From Histomonas meleagridis 2922-C6/04-290x (lineage: Eukaryota > Protista > Parabasalia): DNA of 64,000 nucleotides. The notes under the pieces were generated by a model. It was not told the DNA's origin. It made no database searches and saw only the letters and a program-made list of their open reading frames with translations. Below, piece by piece: positions 35,230-45,836 of the stretch (positions within the stretch are counted from its first letter, which is position 1; each line of letters opens with the position of its first letter). Location of the stretch: positions 124,001 through 188,000 of the forward strand of contig JAANOX010000153.1 in assembly GCA_020184695.1 (NCBI GenBank), written 5' to 3'. A program made the translations under genes and the position numbers.

Positions 35230-36000
35230 AGAAAAATTAATAAGTGGAATTGGAGGCGGTGCATTTTATAAATGTATTTCATTAAATAATATTACAATTC
35301 GTTGTAATAACATTGGTGGAAATGCATTTTACGGTATATTGGTTCTGATGCATTCAGAGGATGTTCAAACCTTGTAGATATTTATATACCAAGTTCTGTT
35401 TATTCGATTGGAAATCCATTTTTAGAATGAACAAAACTTCAATTTATTAATGTTTCAGAAGAAAATTTTGAATATTCTAATTATGAAAAATATGGCGTTT
35501 TATATGATAAATATATTACACAAATTATTAGTTATCCGAATATGAAAAGTAAAACATTTACAATTCCGAATTCAGTCACTTCTATTATGGATCATGCTTT
35601 TGCAAGTTGTATTAATTTAGAAAGAATTTTTATTGATGAAAATGTTCATTATATTAATTCATGTGCATTTCTTAATTGTACATCACTTCAATGTATTCAT
35701 TTTAATGGAGAAATTTCACCGGAAATACAAAATGATGCATTTGTTAATATAAAAGCGACATTAGTTATGACATTAGAAACATATCAAAATGAAACATTTG
35801 GAAATATCAACATTATTAAGGAAATAACGCTTGACAAATGTCTCCAGCCAACACTCACATTCACTAATTCAAATCCATTTACTGAATCGAATATACCAAT
35901 TGCATCAGTTGCCTATTCATATTCACTTCCGGAATCTGATGTAACTTTATCTTTAACACATTCGTTCACTTTAACTCAGTCATTATCTATTACACTTTAG
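35230..36000 (+). pseudogene. BspA-like gene relic
   Basis: IGGGAFYKCISL, YSNYEKYGVLYDK, TFTIPNSVTSIMDHAFASCINL and TLTFTNSN, broken by frameshifts and stops with no TM. Confidence 0.7.
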
Positions 36001-36510
36001 ATTACATTTTATAGTAAATACATAAATACAATTTCATTGTTAACATTTGATCTGCAAAAGTTAATTTTATACAGAAAAAATGAGGTTTAAATTTTTCTTC
36101 AATCAAGCTATTTCCCAATGTTTAAGACCCAGGAGGGTGTCACCAATACTGTTAAACGCAACACAAGCAACAAAAAGTTATATATCATTTGCATTTTTTT
36201 TGAATTTAATGTACAGAAACCACCACTTATTTATCCGAATGTGTCCTCTATAAGATGAAACTTTTGTTGTTGCTTTTTGATTTAATCTGTACACGATTTG
36301 GCAAATTGTAAACCGAACATCTCACTGCTCAAGGATCACTTACGCTCAACCAACGGCTACAGATTTTGACAAAATATTGCCGTTTCTTTCACTTTTTAAA
36401 TTAAATTTCATCGAACCGCCGGTTTTGAAAAACATGACGACAAAATATTGAAATTCAGATACCTTATGTGACAAATTTTACTGGCAAATTTTCATCATTT
36501 AATTCTTGTT

Positions 36511-39500
36511 ATGGAGGAAAATCATCCAATCTTTGCGATTGATCTTGGTACAATGTACTGTCTAATTTCATGTTATGATGTTGAAAAGAATGTAATAAGG
36601 ATTATTAGTGATGAATTAGGTTCACAAATTATAGCTTCATATTTTTCTTATGACAAATATGGCCCATTGGTTGGTGCACAGGCAAAAGAAAATGCTTTAA
36701 TTTCTCCAGAAAATACGATTTATGAAGTCAAACGCATGTGCGGACTCAATTACAGTGAACTTGATCAACAAGATCTTAAGCGTTGGACATTTAAAGTGAT
36801 TCAAACGAAAGAAGATCTACCAAGAATTATGGTTAAATGGAACGATATTCCCAAAGAATATTCACCTATTCAAATAACAGCTAAAATCTTAAAAAAACTC
36901 AAAAACATTGCAGAAGCTTATTTTTCTACTGAAGGCATCAAAGTCAAAAATGTTGTTATAACAGTTCCAGCATATTTTAATGATTGCCAACGTAAAGATA
37001 CAATGAAAGCTGCCATGATTGCCGATTTAAATGTCATCCGTATCATTAATGAACCAACAGCCGCCGCTATTGCATATGGAATACAGAACAAAACAACCAA
37101 GAAAAACAATATCCTTGTTTATGATTTAGGAGGTGGTACATTTGATGTAACTATTCTTGAATGTGAGAACAAAGAATTTACTGTTCTTGCAACACGTGGT
37201 AATATGCATCTTGGTGGCCAAGACTTTGATTACAATTTAGCTAAACACATTGCCGAAGAATTTCAGGAAGAACATGGAATTAACTTATTAGAAAATAAGC
37301 GTTCTAGAAATACATTAATGAAATCATGTGAAATTGCAAAAATAACTCTTTCAATGCATGAATCAACAAGATTTTATTGTTCTCATATTTATAATGATCT
37401 TGATATCGATAAAAAAATCACACGCGAAACATTTGAAAATGTTAACAAAGATCTTTTCATGGCAACATTAGAAACTGTTAAAAAAGCGCTTGATGATGCA
37501 CATTTAGACAAATCACAAATTAATAACATTGTTCTTGTTGGAGGTTCATCGAAAATCCCTTATATATTTAACATGCTTCATGATTTCTTTGGCAAAAAAC
37601 CATACAGAGATATTGATCCGAATTTAGCAGTCGTTACAGGCGCATCATATTTTGCACATAATATTACATTACCAGATAATCATGAAAACAAGATCAAATT
37701 CACTGACGTACTCCCTCATTCATTAGGTATTCAATGCGGTAATTCGAAAATGGACGTTATATTACCTGCTAATACTCCAATTCCTATCACTAAAACAGTG
37801 AAATATAAGACAACTGATAGTAACCAAAAGAAATGCTTAATTAAGGTTTTCGAAGGAGAAGAGAAAGAGACAAGTAAAAATAAAAAACTCGGCGAATTCT
37901 TACTCGATGATATCCCTAATGATGCAGCAGGAAACCAAAAAATTATTGTTACATTTAATGTTGATGCGAATGGAATATTAACTGTATTTGGTAAAATAGA
38001 ATCAACTAGTAAAGAAGTTTCAATTCAAAGCAAAAATATCGAGTTAAATGAAGATGAAATGGAAATGAAGAAGCAAGAAATTGAAGAAGAACAATATTTC
38101 GAACAATTTTATCAAATCAACACTCAATTCAATGAAGAAATTTATCATATAAAGAGCGAAATTAAAGATGGAAAATATGATAATATAAAAGAGAGTTTAT
38201 ATAATTTAATTAACGTATATGAAAATTGGCATGAAAATAAATTTTATGATTTAGAATCATTAAAATCTAAAACTATCGAAACACATCAGAAGATTCAACT
38301 TTTGATCGATAATCAAATACCAATTCAAGAATTTCTTAACTATATTAATGAAATTAGTGAATTAATTAATAGTTCTAAAATCAAACCAAATGAACTTAAG
38401 GCGTTAAATAAGATTGGAAAAGCTAAAAAATGGATTAATGAAAACATGAGTGCTCAAACAAATGAAATTATAGCTAAGCATAATCAACTTAAGGAAAAGA
38501 TACAAAATTTGCTTAATATTTCAAATCCAAATGATGAAATCATTCGCCAATTCACTCAATATAATAATGAAACACTCGAATCTATTCACAATAATGAAAT
38601 AAATGAATCAAATCCTAATATCCAAAAGGCAATCAATGAAATTAAAGAAGCCGAAAAATGGATTAATGAAAATGCTCATAAAAGTTTTAATAAAATCCAA
38701 AATAAGTTTAATGAAACTAAAGAAAAGATCAAATGTTTACTTGATCCAATTAATGAAGCGATGAATTACATTAATGAAAAACTTGATTATATCAATAAGA
38801 ATGAAAAAGATGATATACTCAATGATGCATTTGAACAACTTAATGCAGCTAAAGATTTCATTATCAAAGAAATTAACGAAGATAAATATGTCGAAGATAT
38901 CAAAATTATTGAAGACAAAATTAAAGAACTTAAAGAAAGCATTAATGCATTACTTCCATTATTTGCTGTATATCCAAATCCACCAGTAATAGACACAACA
39001 AATACTGCTAAAAAAGAACTTTCGGACTTTATTCAACAAAAAGAATTAGAAATTGATGAAAAAGACTTCGATAAATCAGATCCAAATATCCAAAAAATTA
39101 TCGAGAAATTAAATGAAGTTAAAGATTGGCTTAATGATAACAAAGATATTGATGATGAATCAATCCAAAAAATGTATAATGAAACTAAAGAATTTATCGA
39201 AAACATCATCAAAAATATGCCAAACACATGCAAAAAAGCAAAATCAGATTTTATCGAATATATTAATAACACTTGGAAAGCAATTGATGATATGCAATTT
39301 AAAGATGCATCCGCAGAAAATATTAAAACAGCGCTCAATGAACTTAAAGAAGCAAAAAGTTGGATAGATGAAGATAAGGAAAGAACTATGGAAGAAACCA
39401 TCGATATGCACAAGAAGACTCAAAACAAAGTCGAGAAATTACTTAAAGGAAAGAAGAGCAAAAAGATACCAATTGTCATCATAACTTCATCTGTAATTGC

Positions 39501-39552
39501 TCTTTTGTCCATTATTATTATGTTGTTTGCGTTTTTATGCGAAAGGAAATAA
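36511..39552 (+). CDS. Hsp70/DnaK-family protein with extended helical C-terminus and C-terminal TM helix
   Basis: IDLGT, TVPAYFND, IINEPTAAAIAYG, VYDLGGGTFDV, GGQDFD and VLVGGSSKIP motifs. Ends with IPIVIITSSVIALLSIIIMLFAFLCERK. Confidence 0.92.
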   Translation: MEENHPIFAIDLGTMYCLISCYDVEKNVIRIISDELGSQIIASYFSYDKYGPLVGAQAKENALISPENTIYEVKRMCGLNYSELDQQDLKRWTFKVIQTKEDLPRIMVKWNDIPKEYSPIQITAKILKKLKNIAEAYFSTEGIKVKNVVITVPAYFNDCQRKDTMKAAMIADLNVIRIINEPTAAAIAYGIQNKTTKKNNILVYDLGGGTFDVTILECENKEFTVLATRGNMHLGGQDFDYNLAKHIAEEFQEEHGINLLENKRSRNTLMKSCEIAKITLSMHESTRFYCSHIYNDLDIDKKITRETFENVNKDLFMATLETVKKALDDAHLDKSQINNIVLVGGSSKIPYIFNMLHDFFGKKPYRDIDPNLAVVTGASYFAHNITLPDNHENKIKFTDVLPHSLGIQCGNSKMDVILPANTPIPITKTVKYKTTDSNQKKCLIKVFEGEEKETSKNKKLGEFLLDDIPNDAAGNQKIIVTFNVDANGILTVFGKIESTSKEVSIQSKNIELNEDEMEMKKQEIEEEQYFEQFYQINTQFNEEIYHIKSEIKDGKYDNIKESLYNLINVYENWHENKFYDLESLKSKTIETHQKIQLLIDNQIPIQEFLNYINEISELINSSKIKPNELKALNKIGKAKKWINENMSAQTNEIIAKHNQLKEKIQNLLNISNPNDEIIRQFTQYNNETLESIHNNEINESNPNIQKAINEIKEAEKWINENAHKSFNKIQNKFNETKEKIKCLLDPINEAMNYINEKLDYINKNEKDDILNDAFEQLNAAKDFIIKEINEDKYVEDIKIIEDKIKELKESINALLPLFAVYPNPPVIDTTNTAKKELSDFIQQKELEIDEKDFDKSDPNIQKIIEKLNEVKDWLNDNKDIDDESIQKMYNETKEFIENIIKNMPNTCKKAKSDFIEYINNTWKAIDDMQFKDASAENIKTALNELKEAKSWIDEDKERTMEETIDMHKKTQNKVEKLLKGKKSKKIPIVIITSSVIALLSIIIMLFAFLCERK

Positions 39553-39922
39553 ATGCCAATGCAAATTAATTTTCTGATTTTTTTTTATAAAATATCATAA
39601 ACAATTAATGCCAAAATAATTTTCATTTGATGTTAAATGATAACATATTCACAATTCAATATGTTTAGCAAGTAAATGAAATAAATTAAATGAGATTTTT
39701 ATGATGAATTTTATGGATTTTACGGATGAAAAAAATTATTGTAAATTGGTTGTAAAGCCGCTAACGTTTGCTGTCAGTTCAATTTTCTTGACAAATTCAC
39801 TTTTGATAGGCCTGAAACAAAATCCATGCTCAAAAAGTTAATTATCGCCATTGAAATTTTGGAAAATAATTTGGATTCAATGGCGTGTTCATAGTGTTTT
39901 CATATGACATTTCAATTGCCCA

Positions 39923-40966
39923 ATGAACCAGTTGGGAAACCTTGCAGAGAAGGCACTAAATGCCATCGTTCGTCCTCCCCGACAATCATACAATTTAGGG
40001 TCAGTACCAGTGGTTCTAAAGTCCAACGGAACTGATTATATACGACATCCCGTAAATTTTTTAAATCCAAGAAACCAAAAGATAATTGGATCTGTTTACG
40101 TCGAATCAACACATGATATCAACGAAGGAATGCCATGCGTAATATATATGCATGGTAATGCCTCTTCACAGAATGAAGGACTCTTTTTAATACCCAATTT
40201 ATGCAAATACGGGATAGCTGTTTTCCTGTATGATTGCGCTGGGTGTGGTAATAGCGGTGGCGATTATATCTCACTTGGCTATTACGAATCGAAAGATGTG
40301 TCATTTATAATTACTCACCTTAAAAATTCATTCAACCTTGGCCCATTTGTTATTTGGGGCCGATCTATGGGTGCAATTTCATGTATTATGGCTGATCATA
40401 CAAATGTCAAAGGCATTATTGCAGATTCAACATTTTCTTCACTCTCAAGCCTCTGTAACTCTATTGCAGTTACCATAGGAGTTCCCAAAATATTCATACC
40501 AAGTCTTCTATGGTGGCTTAAATATCACATTAAAGAATTAGCAGGATTTGACATAGAGAGCGTTTCACCTATTGAACAGGCGAAACGACCACGGAAGGCA
40601 CCAGCTGTTATAGGCCATGCTACTGATGACAAATTTATTCCATTTGCACAAGGAAAGCTTGTATACAATTCTTATTCCAACAAAGACAAACAATTTGTTG
40701 AGTTCAGTGGTGGCCACAATGGAGCACGTCCTTCCAAATGGTACAACACGTGCTTCAACTTCATCTTCAGAGTTTTGAATATAAAAGTGAATAACTTTAA
40801 ACGGTCGAAATTTAACGGTTTGAAGGAAATATCACATTTCACTTCATACCAAGAAATGATTGATTTTGCAGCAAAACATGGAGGGGAAGAGAAAACAGTT
40901 ATGTTGTTACGTTCACAATCGAAACTTGATTGTGAATATTCTGATGGAAGCGACGATGAAGAATAA
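39923..40966 (+). CDS. Alpha/beta-hydrolase (clan SC, ABHD-like)
   Basis: YMHGNAS, nucleophile elbow GRSMG, HATDD (acid) and GGHN (His). Confidence 0.85.
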   Translation: MNQLGNLAEKALNAIVRPPRQSYNLGSVPVVLKSNGTDYIRHPVNFLNPRNQKIIGSVYVESTHDINEGMPCVIYMHGNASSQNEGLFLIPNLCKYGIAVFLYDCAGCGNSGGDYISLGYYESKDVSFIITHLKNSFNLGPFVIWGRSMGAISCIMADHTNVKGIIADSTFSSLSSLCNSIAVTIGVPKIFIPSLLWWLKYHIKELAGFDIESVSPIEQAKRPRKAPAVIGHATDDKFIPFAQGKLVYNSYSNKDKQFVEFSGGHNGARPSKWYNTCFNFIFRVLNIKVNNFKRSKFNGLKEISHFTSYQEMIDFAAKHGGEEKTVMLLRSQSKLDCEYSDGSDDEE

Positions 40967-41320
40967 ATATAAAAGTGTCAGTGAATAAACGGTTTTTAGA
41001 AACGTTTGCACTTTTTTATCTAAGAAGAAATTTATCTTTCAGACAACTCAAGTTCTGACATTATCTTTATCTGATAACTTATCAGATTCGTTACTTGAAT
41101 TTTTTTTATTTCCACTGGGCCACCATCGCTGGTTAAAGAAATGCGAATAGTTTGATCTCCAAAAATTATTGATATAAAGAAAATAAAATAGTATGGAAAT
41201 GGTAGAACAAAACAAGATAATGAAATATAAAGAATAATAAAATAATAATAATAATAATTTTCGATTAACTAATCTAAAGAAAAGAGTTTACTTTAGTATT
41301 TAGATCTATTCAAGGATTCC

Positions 41321-41968
41321 TCACTTGCCGCAGCACCCTCCTTTCTTCTTGTTTTCTGTATTTTGATTGGTGAGTTCAACACCTTTTTCCTCACGTTGTG
41401 GCTCGATTTTGTTGTTCATAACATAGCTGACCAAGTCAGAAACTGATTGCTCAATGTTTGTTCCATTACTTGCGCTGGTTGTATAAAATCCAATAAATCC
41501 ATTGTCTTTGATATATTGTTCCATTTCTTCTTGGGTCTTAGACCATTTGCCGTTGGCACATAAATCTATTTTATTACCAAGAAGCATACATGGAATTGGC
41601 TTACCTTCATCTGTGAATACTTTTGAATCAATATCTTTTTTCCATTCACTGACTGCTTCTAGAGTTGCCATACGTGTAACATCAAACACTACAAAGGCGG
41701 CACTTGCTTCTTGATAATAAACATGTGTCATGTTACCATAACGTTCTTGACCAGCTATATCCCAAAGTTGAATATTAATTGAGGTATTGGAGTCCCATTG
41801 ATATTCTTTGTTGGCAAAATCAACGCCAATTGTAGTTTTATAAAATTCTGAAAAGCATCCTTGAACATATTGACGAATAAGTGATGTTTTACCAGTACCC
41901 ATCTCACCTACTACGAGAACCTTGAGAACTTTTTTCATATCTTTGGGTGTTTCTTCGAGATTAACCAT
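41321..41968 (-). CDS. Rab GTPase, Rab32/38-like
   Basis: GEMGTGKTS, TIGVDF, WDIAGQE (Rab32/38-type G3), GNKID and a C-terminal CC prenylation motif (GGCCGK). Confidence 0.9.
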   Translation of the reverse strand: MVNLEETPKDMKKVLKVLVVGEMGTGKTSLIRQYVQGCFSEFYKTTIGVDFANKEYQWDSNTSINIQLWDIAGQERYGNMTHVYYQEASAAFVVFDVTRMATLEAVSEWKKDIDSKVFTDEGKPIPCMLLGNKIDLCANGKWSKTQEEMEQYIKDNGFIGFYTTSASNGTNIEQSVSDLVSYVMNNKIEPQREEKGVELTNQNTENKKKGGCCGK

Positions 41969-42178
41969 TTTGTTCTTGAGAAAGTGTTATTTTTCACAAA
42001 CTTTGTTCGATTTAACTTTATAACAAATTTCATATTTTTCAAAAGCGAATGTAAAAGCGGAGTGCCCTAAGTGATCGTAAACTATTCAAATATTTATCAT
42101 TGTTTTTTGCAAGTTTGTTTTTAGAAGAAGAAAATTAAGTCTTGGAAAGGAATTCTTTATTATAACATTCTTAAACAG

Positions 42179-43192
42179 TTAATGGTTGATTTTCCAACCG
42201 AAATTGTTTTTGAAACCAAACTCATCCATTAATTTTTCATATGAACTTGTATCTAATCTTCCGCAACCATAGCTTTGCTCTAGCTTTCGTTTTAATTGTG
42301 TTAAAAGTTGTGATTCAGCAATTGTATCATTATTACAATAATCACAAATTTCGATACAATGACAATACGCAACTCTGTACTCTTGTTCGTTGTTGAAATA
42401 TTCTTTCTGTAAGATCGAGGCAAAAATAGGAACGCATGCATTATCAAATGTTTTTGGAACAATGTCAGAATTTCCATCTTCATCCGTCCAATACCATCCG
42501 GCTTGAATCCATTTCATATCCAGAAGAGCGTCGTTGGATTTAAATGAAAAATTTGAAATTTCAAATATTGCATAAAATTCAAAAAGTTCATTTGCCGCTT
42601 CTTGAAATCCAATTTGTTTGTATAGTTCTGGATCAAGGTTTCTGAGTGATCGAAGTCTGTTGAGCGAGTTTTCAAGCGAAAGATATTCTTCCTTGACATC
42701 AGCTGGATTTACATTGTAACAATGATCAACGAAGTCTATAAGTTCTGTGAAAAATTGCTTTTGTTTCCAAATGCCTTTTGTTGCGTCTGGGCCAAGGGTA
42801 GCTTCCATTTCATTGATTTGTGCCAAAATTTTTTGATATTGGGATTTCAAATCTTGTATTTCTTTTGTTAATTTGACCACATTTTTGTCGTCATTGTTTG
42901 ACACTACTTTATCTGTTAATTTATCAAGTAATGGACGAAATTCAATTTTTTGATTTGGAATTTCTTGTTCAGGTTCACTATAGGAATAACCAGAATCATA
43001 TGATTCAGATTCAAGTGTTGTTGGAATAAGATCTTTTTTAATTTTTGGAAGAAACGAAAATTGTGTTGCTTGAATTGCTGCAAAATTTTGTGTATGATGA
43101 ATTTTGGGAGCGTTGATTTCGATTTTTTCAGGCTCGGGTTTGATTTCAATTGCGAGAGCTGAACTTGTCTTTGGGTTGTTTCTTTTTCTCAT
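42179..43192 (-). CDS. GCFC-domain protein (PAXBP1/GCFC2/Ntr2-like spliceosome disassembly factor)
   Basis: DVKEEYLSLENSLNRL..YKQ..ELF..MKWIQ..DIVPKTFDNACVP aligns by eye with the GCFC domain pattern. Confidence 0.5.
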   Translation of the reverse strand: MRKRNNPKTSSALAIEIKPEPEKIEINAPKIHHTQNFAAIQATQFSFLPKIKKDLIPTTLESESYDSGYSYSEPEQEIPNQKIEFRPLLDKLTDKVVSNNDDKNVVKLTKEIQDLKSQYQKILAQINEMEATLGPDATKGIWKQKQFFTELIDFVDHCYNVNPADVKEEYLSLENSLNRLRSLRNLDPELYKQIGFQEAANELFEFYAIFEISNFSFKSNDALLDMKWIQAGWYWTDEDGNSDIVPKTFDNACVPIFASILQKEYFNNEQEYRVAYCHCIEICDYCNNDTIAESQLLTQLKRKLEQSYGCGRLDTSSYEKLMDEFGFKNNFGWKINH

Positions 43193-43430
43193 GTTATGAA
43201 ATGAGAAGGTCTGTTCGATATTTTAAACGTTCGAATTTATCGGAAAGTGGCATTGTTTTAAACGGTGGCTGCTCCCTTCATGAATTTAGATTATGCATTG
43301 TTTAATGAATCTAATATTAAATATATTTTCTCCTATAGTTCTTTTTATTAAGGATTAATAAACAAATAGTTATAACTCTACATAAATATTGTTTATGATG
43401 TTGTTCATTTATTTCAAATATAAGAAAATA

Positions 43431-45836
43431 TTATTTTTGAAATATAAATTTAATTACAACAAAATAAAGCAATATTAATGTAGTTGTTATAACACATATC
43501 ATTGTTTTCTTATTCCATATATTATACCAGTCCAGTAATTTTACAATTTCTTTCCGATGATTCATAACTGCAATCATACGTGCATTCATAAATAATTTAT
43601 GATAATATTAAATACTTTAAATGAACATAATTATATAAAAATAAATTATTTATAATACAAAATAACATTTTTCGCATTTATATCGATATCTTTTTGTTTG
43701 ATAAGTAATTTTACAACTTCAACATGACCATTTTGTGCTGCTCGCATTAAGGCTGTCCAAAATTATTTGAAAAAATTCCAAATATTTTTTTAAAATATCA
43801 AATTAAGGAAATAAATATGGGAAAAGTTAAATAAGCAATTTTTGCATTTAAATTGATTTCTTTTCGTTGAAGAAGCAATTTAACAATATCAACATAACCA
43901 ATATGAGATGCACAAGTTAATGCAGTATTAAATAATCACAAAAAAATCCAAAGTTTATATTGAAACATCTTTAGCAACAAATAAAAATCATCTCCTAAAT
44001 TTATATCAATATTCTTTTGTTCAATAAGTAATTTAACTGTTTCAAATTGACCATTTTTTGACGCTAACATAAGTGGAGTATAATATAAATCAAATAAATT
44101 CCAAATATATATTTGAAATTCTTTATTAGCAAAACAAAAATTAAATATAATATTAAAATAGCTCTTGTATTTATATCTATTCCTTCTTGTTCAAGAAGTA
44201 ATTTTACAATCTCAGTATAACCAAATCTAGCAGCAAAAGTAAGAGCTGACCAAAATATATTTCATGAATACCATATATTATTTTTATACTGCAAATTAAC
44301 CAAATAAATTTTAAATAGAAATTATAAATATTTTTATCATTAAAATTTATTCCTTTTTGCTTCAAAAGTAAATTTGTGATTTCAACATTACCATTTTTAG
44401 CTGACCAAATTAAAGCAGTCCAAAATAAAATGAACAAATTCCAAATATATTTTATTTATATTAAAAACGTGAAACATACTTTATTTATTATAATTAAATA
44501 TCTTTAGCATTTATATCAATTCCATCTTGTTCAAGAAGCAATTGAATGACTTCGAAATGTTCTTTTTCAGATGCATTCATAAGTGCTGTATCAAAAGACA
44601 CGAATAAATTCCAAATATTATTATGAAATCCAAAATTGTTAAAATAAATTCGAATAAAAATCATCAAAAACCTTTAGCATTTATATCAATACCATCTTGT
44701 TCAAGAATATATTTTATATGTTCGATATTTCTTGATAATGCAGAAAAAAGTATTATATCATTTGGAATTTCATATTCTTTAAGAAAATATTTCGTCAGAA
44801 AAATGTTTCCAATTTCAGCAGATTCATTTATAATCGAATTATTTATTTTCATTCCTTCTGATCTTAAAAATAAAAATATTTCGAAGTTATTATATTCAAT
44901 ACATTTTTGCCCTAATTCTTCCAAATTATTAATTTTTCCAATTTTATTTTCATAAATATATTTAAAAATTCCGTTTCGATGAAATTCAATTGCTGTTTCA
45001 TAAGCATCTTCAAATGTTGAATAATTTTGTTCACATAAATGAATGATTTCTTCATTTCCACCTGCAATTGCATATTTACCTGTGTTTTTTAAGTCAGAAT
45101 CATTTAACATTAAGTATTTAAAGCATCTAATTGCACCAAAAAATGCTGAATAATCAATTAAGGTAACATTCTTTTGATTAATAAAAGAATATCGTTCATA
45201 AAGTGATGGTTTAATTATTTGTTTATAATCAAAATTATTTCTTGATGAGATTTCTTGAAGATCTTCTAAATCATCAACACGAATAATTTTCGCGATTTCA
45301 TTAGGGTTTACAAGTTCATGAACAAGTTTCTTATGTAATTTCCAATTATCTTTCATAAGTTCTAATACATTTTCATAGAATATTTGACGAAATGGATCAA
45401 TTAGTTCCAAACTATTAACTTCTTCTTCTGTCATTTGGTGAGCAAAAAATAAATTTTTCTTAATTTTAAAATTTGTTGGCGTGACTAAGTTTTGTTCATA
45501 TAACTTTTCAAGAAGAAAATTTGATTCTTGTGTTAATATATTATTTAAATACCAAATAAAAACATTAATAATATGATAATTATTTTCTTTTTTTGAATCA
45601 AATAATTTCAGAAATTGAAAATATATATTAAAATCACCAACTCGAGAAGAAACAGCAGTGTGTATAAGTTGAGAAATAAATAGACAAGAAGAAAATGGAT
45701 AACGATCACCGATTAAATCTATTATTTTTTTAACTGATGTTTCTAAATTTTCTTTATTTAAGTTCCATATTACAACTCGAATGCATTTTAGCCATTGAAT
45801 ATCATATATTTGATCGATGGAGTATTTTTCTTTCAT
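43431..45836 (-). CDS. DUF3447-type ankyrin-repeat protein with C-terminal TM helix, interrupted by 27 non-canonical 17-nt inserts (reconstructed 648 aa)
   Basis: N-terminal DUF3447-like block (YSAFFGAIRCFKYL, AIAGGNEEIIHL), six internal 87-nt TAL...DINAK modules and a last module ending MICVITTTLILLYFVVIKFIFQK*. 2406 nt - 27 x 17 = 1947 nt = 648 codons + stop. Confidence 0.85.
43587..44672 (-). other. Seven hairpin-coding spacers built of 3-nt codons alternating with 17-nt AT-rich inserts
   Basis: Spacers 44590-44672, 44420-44502, 44250-44332, 44080-44162, 43757-43839 and 43587-43669 are each exactly 83 nt (15 + 4 x 17). Spacer 43927-43992 is 66 nt (15 + 3 x 17). Confidence 0.9.

Noticed and set aside
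41069-41087. Palindrome ATCTGATAA-C-TTATCAGAT between convergent genes
   Set aside because: A 9-bp AT-rich arm with a 1-nt loop and no second copy or context is insufficient for a functional call.
44586-44671. GT...AG intron reading of the first ankyrin spacer (AAAG|GTTTTT...GATACAG|CA)
   Set aside because: It would delete the hairpin and the Thr of TAL, has no CTAAC branch motif, and the other six spacers lack equivalent GT/AG pairs.
43587-44672. Single 68-nt intron per spacer, or matched-codon ribosomal bypass in one hop
   Set aside because: Every fixed junction I tested near the third hairpin codon (after 6 to 9 left-side nt) leaves a stop in at least one spacer and loses the hairpin Gly. 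Take-off and landing codons do not match. The 3/17 parse resolves all seven spacers.
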